64,000 nt of DNA. Origin: a virus. The stretch covers positions 5,831 to 69,830 of IMG/VR virus record IMGVR_UViG_3300036985_004421; one strand, written 5' to 3'. Every line of letters begins with the position of its first letter. Position 1 is the first letter of the stretch. Positions 58,132 to 64,000 of this stretch are shown here, piece by piece. A model generated the notes under the pieces. That model worked only from the letters and a program-made list of their open reading frames with translations, did not search any database and was not told where the DNA came from. The position numbers were made by a program, and so were the translations under genes.

Positions 58132-58310
58132 TAGAATGGAAGTAAGCACTGTATGTTTTCCCACCGTACCCATCGGGTATCGTGTTTCTCATCGTTACGG
58201 AGAAACAAAAGTTGCTCTTGCTTATTGATTGAAATGATTGACCATGCTTTGTATTCATAGCTAACACCGTCATTCAGCTTAAAGCTTCCAAATTTTAGTT
58301 TCCTTGCCAT
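58131..58310 (-). CDS. small hypothetical protein (59 aa)
   Basis: MARKLKFG...LLPF; TAATG-coupled to EndoVII. Confidence 0.5.
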   Translation of the reverse strand: MARKLKFGSFKLNDGVSYEYKAWSIISINKQEQLLFLRNDEKHDTRWVRWENIQCLLPF

Positions 58311-58312
58311 GT

Positions 58313-59269
58313 CTATACAAGTTCAGTTAAGAGTTTCATGCTTCTGTTACGGGTGACAATGCCACTACCAAATAGACTGCCCTCAAAGCTAGTACCCATG
58401 CGATACTCCTTCCAGTGGTCAGCGTAATATGTAATGCCATTGAATATCTCCAATGCTGTACCCTCAAACTGTTCGTTCTGTGGGCACTGACGAGTGGCTT
58501 GCTCCATTTCAAATAGAATGTTGTCAGCCTTGGTGCTCAACTTGATACCATGCGTATAAGCATTGCCCATGATAACGTGCTTGAAGTGCTCTTGCTTGTC
58601 CTCTTCGCTTACCTTGATATGTGCAAGCTTATCGAACATGCTTTCTATCTCTTTGAAATAGTTGTTGGCAATGTTCATAATCTTGGCACCCTCGGCTAAT
58701 TGAGCGTTGGCATTCGCTGAGTGCCGCACTTTATACACGCCTATGGATTTCTTATTCAGCGCAGCATTCATAGTATTCTCACACACTACCCGTACTGGTG
58801 TAAAGCGTACATCAATAGATGATGTTCCGTCATGGCTATTAGAGAACAATAGATACTCATTGTACTGCTCACCATTCACCATAACGTGCTCGGGTAATTT
58901 ACATTGCAACCACATTTTCTCACCATTGCCAAGTACACCTGCACTGGTATAAATTGCTTCATCCCGATTTACGATACCATCAAAGAAGGTGAATGCTTGA
59001 CGGTTCTGTAATACTGAATAGGATTTTCCTACTACTCCAAGGTATTGGTCCGTGTCGGTACGGAGTGTAGCCATCCTATCAGGAACTTGGCGACCATCAG
59101 ATAGAAACAATGGCTGCTTAACTACATCGTAGTCAATGCCAGATAACTGTATTGTTTCCTCTGCTGTCTTAGGGCCTGTTACAATTTGACCTAGCCCATG
59201 CCATGCAGCATCAACGGTCATTACACTGTACTTCTTAGTGTTTGGGTCTTGATATAGATTGTGTGCCAT
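58313..59269 (-). CDS. DUF932 / phage-plasmid-like protein (TIGR03299-like)
   Basis: MAHNL...AWHGLG, YSVLQN, NSHDGTSS, TPVRVVCENT. Confidence 0.85.
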   Translation of the reverse strand: MAHNLYQDPNTKKYSVMTVDAAWHGLGQIVTGPKTAEETIQLSGIDYDVVKQPLFLSDGRQVPDRMATLRTDTDQYLGVVGKSYSVLQNRQAFTFFDGIVNRDEAIYTSAGVLGNGEKMWLQCKLPEHVMVNGEQYNEYLLFSNSHDGTSSIDVRFTPVRVVCENTMNAALNKKSIGVYKVRHSANANAQLAEGAKIMNIANNYFKEIESMFDKLAHIKVSEEDKQEHFKHVIMGNAYTHGIKLSTKADNILFEMEQATRQCPQNEQFEGTALEIFNGITYYADHWKEYRMGTSFEGSLFGSGIVTRNRSMKLLTELV

Positions 59270-59290
59270 GATTGTTAATTGGTTTTGAGA

Positions 59291-59602
59291 TTATTCTCTA
59301 TTGGTAGTATAGGTAACATTCTTTGGTACTGGTGGACTCTTTCTGTATCTGCTCACAGTTTTCTGCAGTTCCTTATTGGTGTCATGCAGCATCTTAACGT
59401 ATGCATCTAAGCGCATAGCTTTTCGTTCTGATGCAGATGATTTCAAGAACTCTTTAAGCTTGCCGCGAAGCATCGCATTCTCGGCCTCAAGTTCTCCAAT
59501 TAGAATGTAGTAGTCCAGTACTTGCTTAGTCAATTTGACCAAGTGTTGTTGTGACATAAGTTCTCTGATGAACTCCATATCAATACGGCTATCATCAGTC
59601 AT
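59291..59602 (-). CDS. hypothetical coiled-coil protein
   Basis: 103-aa ORF. Confidence 0.55.
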   Translation of the reverse strand: MTDDSRIDMEFIRELMSQQHLVKLTKQVLDYYILIGELEAENAMLRGKLKEFLKSSASERKAMRLDAYVKMLHDTNKELQKTVSRYRKSPPVPKNVTYTTNRE

Positions 59603-59886
59603 ACTCGTAATAGTAATTTGTGGATAGATGGAATGCCATACTTATCAGTACCATCAATCTCTACGGTTTCTCCGGTAGGTGTAATTGATGTGCCATTGAG
59701 TAATCTTTCGGGATGATATAAATCATCTTCTGTCAATTGATTCCAATTGTGCAGATACTTATGGGCTGTGCTGTAAGGTAGGGTAAATGATACTGGGCCT
59801 GACCTAATGGTTAGGCGTTGGAAGTTTTTGTGTGACACTTCAACGAGGCTCCCTTGTGGAAGAGAAGCCCCGTTGCGTGTAGTCAC
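59599..59886 (-). CDS. hypothetical protein
   Basis: probable GTG start just after the ParB stop; TPTGETVEIDG motif. Confidence 0.45.
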   Translation of the reverse strand: MTTRNGASLPQGSLVEVSHKNFQRLTIRSGPVSFTLPYSTAHKYLHNWNQLTEDDLYHPERLLNGTSITPTGETVEIDGTDKYGIPSIHKLLLRV

Positions 59887-59887
59887 A

Positions 59888-61591
59888 TCAATCCTCAATA
59901 CTCGAATCAGAGTCGTCATCGTCAAGGAAATCATCTGATTCATCGTCCTCAGAATCTCCTTTGAAATCCCAATCGGTATCGTCAGGTGCTGTGCTTGCGT
60001 ATGCATCAATAGGCTCAGGGATAGGGCGGTTAGCAATCTCTTGCTCTGCCATCTTCATCGCTAGGATGTCACGCTCAAGGATAGCAATGGCATCAACCAT
60101 CTTGTTCTCCTTGGTGGCAATAGCCAATAGGTCTGCATCAACCCATGCTTGCAATTCCCCAGGTGCGATAGTTTCCATGAGTTCCACATACACAGTTTCA
60201 TCGTAAGCAAGGCCATCAAATCCTTTCGAAAGGAATGGAATGAAACCATTGACTGCACGTTCAGCAGCAGTACCTCCACGGTTGGTTTGCCATGGAGCAA
60301 AGGTGGCCAGACTAGCGCGAAGGAATGTCAGCAATACATGGCTGATGTTGAAAGCTAAGTGGTCAAGTTCAAATTCCTGCACAGCAGCAGCAAATTTCTC
60401 TTTCAAGTACTCAGACTTGCGAAGCTTATGCTTGTCCTTGTAGGAATTGAAACGAGCATGCTTACCCTCAATCATCTTGCGGATAGCTTTCACATTTTCT
60501 GATTCCTTTTCCTTCACCACAGCCACAGAATCAGCAGCAACAGGTTCCGCATCACCACCATTGCGAATGATGGCAATGTTCTCAGGTGTGATTAAATACT
60601 CACAGCCCACACCTAGTACAGTCACAGCATCAGGATGTATGGAAAGCAAATTTGCTTTGCATTCCTCTTCTGTTTCAGTAACGATACGTTCTCCTTGCAC
60701 ATACTCATAACCCTCTTCAATCTCATGAGTGAGGTCATTCCTTTGTGGCCATGTAGGACGTAGAACATTCTCATGTTCGATAGCATACGAACGAGCTTCG
60801 TTCTCTGATAGCATTACCAATCCACCAGAAGCAAGGTGATCCTTGAACTTACGCAATTGCTCAGCCTTAGTCTTAGCATCAAAGCATGTGCGATTCATGC
60901 ACGTGTTCTTAGGCTCGTCAAATAGGCTATGCGTAGCACAGTTCAAAGGACATTCCACACAGGCGATATGGTCATAACTATCAAGCAAGCTAAAGGAAGC
61001 TTTGCTCAAATCAGAAGTGCTGGCATACACACTTAGGTGTTTGCCTGCCTTAATGATTTCAACTGCTTCTGCTAGTGACTCATTGGTGTGCTGCAATAGA
61101 AGCAGCAACTTGCTACGTGTCAGCTTGCCCTCTTTGTACGCATCAAGGATAACCTCTGGAAGTCTACCAACTTTCAAGCGTAGGTACACCCAAGATGTTG
61201 GCTTACACAGCATCGATGCGATAACCGGTATGGGATTGTTCTCATTGCTCAAGCGCACAACAATTGCCGCCTCTTCGAGTAGCGTTAAGTTGTGGCGAGT
61301 AATGTTTTCCTGTATCTCTACCTGCAATAAGCTGTTTGCATTAAGGTCAGATACAAAGGCATCAATGTCCTTCCATCCTAATTCTTTGCAAGCTGCAAAT
61401 CTTCTGCGCCCCATCACCACAAGATACTTACCCTTCTTCTTAGGGTCAGGTGCAACGGTGATAGGTTGGAGCAATCCATATTCAGCGATACTGTTACTCA
61501 ATTCGTGCTGAGCTTTAGTATCTGATGTAGTACGTGTTCCACCTTGAGCGATAGAGATAGACTTAACTGGAATGTTCTGTAGGTTTTCCAT
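59888..61591 (-). CDS. parB: ParB/Spo0J-like protein with Cys-rich domain and acidic tail
   Basis: GLLQPITV...YLVVMGRRRFAA...QENITRHNL, HTH, CVECPLNC...CMNRTCF. Confidence 0.85.
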   Translation of the reverse strand: MENLQNIPVKSISIAQGGTRTTSDTKAQHELSNSIAEYGLLQPITVAPDPKKKGKYLVVMGRRRFAACKELGWKDIDAFVSDLNANSLLQVEIQENITRHNLTLLEEAAIVVRLSNENNPIPVIASMLCKPTSWVYLRLKVGRLPEVILDAYKEGKLTRSKLLLLLQHTNESLAEAVEIIKAGKHLSVYASTSDLSKASFSLLDSYDHIACVECPLNCATHSLFDEPKNTCMNRTCFDAKTKAEQLRKFKDHLASGGLVMLSENEARSYAIEHENVLRPTWPQRNDLTHEIEEGYEYVQGERIVTETEEECKANLLSIHPDAVTVLGVGCEYLITPENIAIIRNGGDAEPVAADSVAVVKEKESENVKAIRKMIEGKHARFNSYKDKHKLRKSEYLKEKFAAAVQEFELDHLAFNISHVLLTFLRASLATFAPWQTNRGGTAAERAVNGFIPFLSKGFDGLAYDETVYVELMETIAPGELQAWVDADLLAIATKENKMVDAIAILERDILAMKMAEQEIANRPIPEPIDAYASTAPDDTDWDFKGDSEDDESDDFLDDDDSDSSIED

Positions 61592-61612
61592 AGGAATTAA
61601 AATCAAAATTGA

Positions 61613-62833
61613 TTAAGGTAATTTGTTGGTGTGAGTAATGGCCCACTCCTTATACTTCATGAACTGGCTCATGATGGTTGTTGTTGTTTTGATTTCAGCT
61701 TCGCTAAAGTTTTCAGCACAAGAACCAATCCCATCAATGTGAAATCCATTTACCCAATCAATTATCAATTGCTTGGGTGCAGTAGCAGCTAAACGTGCAG
61801 CTTCGGCTTCATTGGCACGTTGTTCTGCCATCGCAGCTTCATGCTTGGCCTCTAACTCTGCTTGCTCCTTAACAGCAGCATCATCGATTACCTTTTGAGC
61901 AGCAGCATTAGCAGCATCAATCTGTGCTTGTGCTTCTTGCTGTGCTTTATTACGTGCATCAATAGCAATCTGTTCAGCGCGTGCTGCTTCATTTGCTAAG
62001 CGTTGAGCATCTACTCTAGCTTTAACCACACGTAGATTTTCTACACAAGCTTCGAAGTCATCATCAGGTAGAGCCAAGGATTCCTTGTAATGGGTAATGT
62101 GTTCTAGGTATGGAGCAAGCACACGCTCACGGTCAGCTTGCTTACGCTCTAAGATTTCAGCATCACGCCTAGCTAGTTCAGCTTCTCTTCTTGCTATCTC
62201 TGCTTCCTTGGCAGCAATAGCTTCGGCACGCTTACGCTCGCTCTCTTCTGCTTCGGCCTTAAGCTTAGCCGCTAATGCAGCAGCTTTCTCTATCTGTACT
62301 TTGATAGCATCAATGGTCACCAAATGATTGGCAAAGTCCTGTTCATCGCACAGGCGTATACCGGTATCTGTTATCTCAAAGATTTCATCTTCGTGCTGTA
62401 TGGAATACCGCGTACCATCGAACGTAAGACCAAGGTCAAACAGTTTGGCAGTCATAGATTGAATGCGTAACCGTTCACGGTTCTCTGCTTCAATCTTCAA
62501 CTGTTCCTGATGATTGCGATACGCATCACGGATAGTCTTGAGTCGCGCTTCTTCCGTTGCTTGTGGCTCAAGAAGTTCTTTCTCTTTAGCGATGATAGCT
62601 TTCACAGCAGCAGACAAGGGTTCACGTAGAGCCTTGGCTTGTTTCTCAATACGTACACGTAGCTCTACATGCTTCATCAATCCTTTGTGAACCACATCGT
62701 GGCCAGCTTGGTCGTTGAAGTCTACAATCACAAGCTCATGCGTTTCTACAATCAATGCCTTAACCTCTTGCTCAAGTGGTGTAAGCAATTGCAACGCTGT
62801 GTCTGTAGCCGTAGCCAATGTTTCTGTTTTCAT
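61613..62833 (-). CDS. long coiled-coil phage protein
   Basis: 406 aa, Ala/Glu/Lys-rich; LRVRIEK...LREP motif. Confidence 0.7.
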   Translation of the reverse strand: MKTETLATATDTALQLLTPLEQEVKALIVETHELVIVDFNDQAGHDVVHKGLMKHVELRVRIEKQAKALREPLSAAVKAIIAKEKELLEPQATEEARLKTIRDAYRNHQEQLKIEAENRERLRIQSMTAKLFDLGLTFDGTRYSIQHEDEIFEITDTGIRLCDEQDFANHLVTIDAIKVQIEKAAALAAKLKAEAEESERKRAEAIAAKEAEIARREAELARRDAEILERKQADRERVLAPYLEHITHYKESLALPDDDFEACVENLRVVKARVDAQRLANEAARAEQIAIDARNKAQQEAQAQIDAANAAAQKVIDDAAVKEQAELEAKHEAAMAEQRANEAEAARLAATAPKQLIIDWVNGFHIDGIGSCAENFSEAEIKTTTTIMSQFMKYKEWAITHTNKLP

Positions 62834-63708
62834 TAGATAAAAATATTGATAAAGAAAGGGTGGTTCAATGGCTGTCCGTTGCCATCAAGATACTTGGCTA
62901 TGTGTGATAGCATCCATTCAAACTTACGCTTGCCCCGTTGCAATACATCCTCACTCAGTTTCACCAAGCATGGAGTGTATGGGTAAGTGTCCATCTGGAA
63001 TAAAAGATATGCATCCTTTGTACCTATGCCTTGACGATACCACCATTGCTGCATGTCATAGTCCATCAGGTCAATGTACTTATCAAGTTGCTCGTAGTTG
63101 AAACCAACACCGGGCTTGTCAAGATGAATCTTCTTGAGGTCAACGTGATAGTTGTAGCCATCAGTTGCATCAATCAATCCTTTCATCTTAACGCCAAGGT
63201 GTAGCTTCTCAAACGCCAGCTCACGATAGGTATCGTTAAGCAGCAGAGCTATGTCAGGTGTATTAGCCAACCTATCAAGCATGTTCTGATACATCGTGTG
63301 CTGCTGTATGCTGACGATAGTTTGCTTCTTAGCCCTAGCTTCTTCCTCTACCTTTTCCATGAACTCTTTGTACTTGTTTGTACTGCGAGGCTTCGCCCCA
63401 CCAATAGCAAGTAGCTCTCTGGTATCGTCAAGTATCAAGTGTGATGCATTGTATCGCTCAGGCTCAAGCACTGCCATGTGGTACTGAATACCCTCTTGCA
63501 TGGAATCAGTAGAACGATTGTCCTTGTACCCCTGCAGATGCATAGACAGTAACTCAACGTTGCGATACCCCTCTCTCAATAAAGAAGAGGATAGGTGGCC
63601 TGTGTTGCTGTAGTAAACCTCTGGTGTTATATGCAGCAGGTTAAAGGCAAAGGGTAGCATCGCTAACCCTCCCTGATTAGTGCGGAGTGGATTGTTTATT
63701 TGTGGCAT
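62833..63708 (-). CDS. PD-(D/E)XK exonuclease (RecE/ExoVIII, DUF3799-like)
   Basis: YHMAVLEPE, KGLID, VDLK, YDMQ..WY. Confidence 0.75.
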   Translation of the reverse strand: MPQINNPLRTNQGGLAMLPFAFNLLHITPEVYYSNTGHLSSSLLREGYRNVELLSMHLQGYKDNRSTDSMQEGIQYHMAVLEPERYNASHLILDDTRELLAIGGAKPRSTNKYKEFMEKVEEEARAKKQTIVSIQQHTMYQNMLDRLANTPDIALLLNDTYRELAFEKLHLGVKMKGLIDATDGYNYHVDLKKIHLDKPGVGFNYEQLDKYIDLMDYDMQQWWYRQGIGTKDAYLLFQMDTYPYTPCLVKLSEDVLQRGKRKFEWMLSHIAKYLDGNGQPLNHPFFINIFI

Positions 63709-64000
63709 TACGTGTTCATGGATGTCCGAGCATAAGCAGCAAGCAACAAGGCATCGACCACACCAGTGTGCGGCTTAGTTGCCCTAGCTGTAGCCATAGG
63801 GTCGGTGAGTTTAACGTTAGGAAACATGTTCATCACAGCTGCATGGGCCATAGCCTTGGTATCTCTGGCGCCATCAGTACCCCGAATCTCTTTGATGCCA
63901 GAGAATGCCCACTTCTGCCATTCCTTTGGAGGAACTGGCTTGAATGGAATACCAGCCATCACCAAGCCCATGCGTAGCAGTCCTAGTGTTTCTCCAAATT
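63708..64000 (-). CDS. RuvC-like Holliday junction resolvase, partial (5' end outside the window)
   Basis: VPPKEWQK...VDALLLAAY C-terminal motifs. Confidence 0.6.
   Translation of the reverse strand, partial: FGETLGLLRMGLVMAGIPFKPVPPKEWQKWAFSGIKEIRGTDGARDTKAMAHAAVMNMFPNVKLTDPMATARATKPHTGVVDALLLAAYARTSMNT

Overview
This window is part of a crAss-like (Crassvirales-related) podophage genome. The host is inferred to be a Bacteroidota species because TAnnTTTG promoter elements precede many operons. The + strand block (about 7.9-50.1 kb) is the late/virion module: terminase, portal, scaffold, major capsid, ring/tail proteins, IHF-like protein, muzzle, three cargo proteins, a 4138-aa virion RNA polymerase, Cys-rich tail proteins and a GH108 lysis cassette. 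Two - strand blocks of small early/middle genes flank it (1-7.3 kb and 50.2-64 kb). The right block includes stand-alone MutS domain I, a DUF4942-type methyltransferase, RadC/JAB, a nucleotidyltransferase, EndoVII, DUF932, ParB, a PD-(D/E)XK exonuclease and a RuvC-like resolvase. The most striking signal is in the leftmost operon (0.8-4.7 kb), where most intergenic spacers hold a structured RNA on the coding strand. These are one type II hammerhead ribozyme, two covarying copies of a circularly permuted twister-like motif with an unusually short P2, and pseudoknot or junction elements. Together they suggest a ribozyme-punctuated, self-processing early transcript. All assignments come from motif reading by eye; no searches were run.
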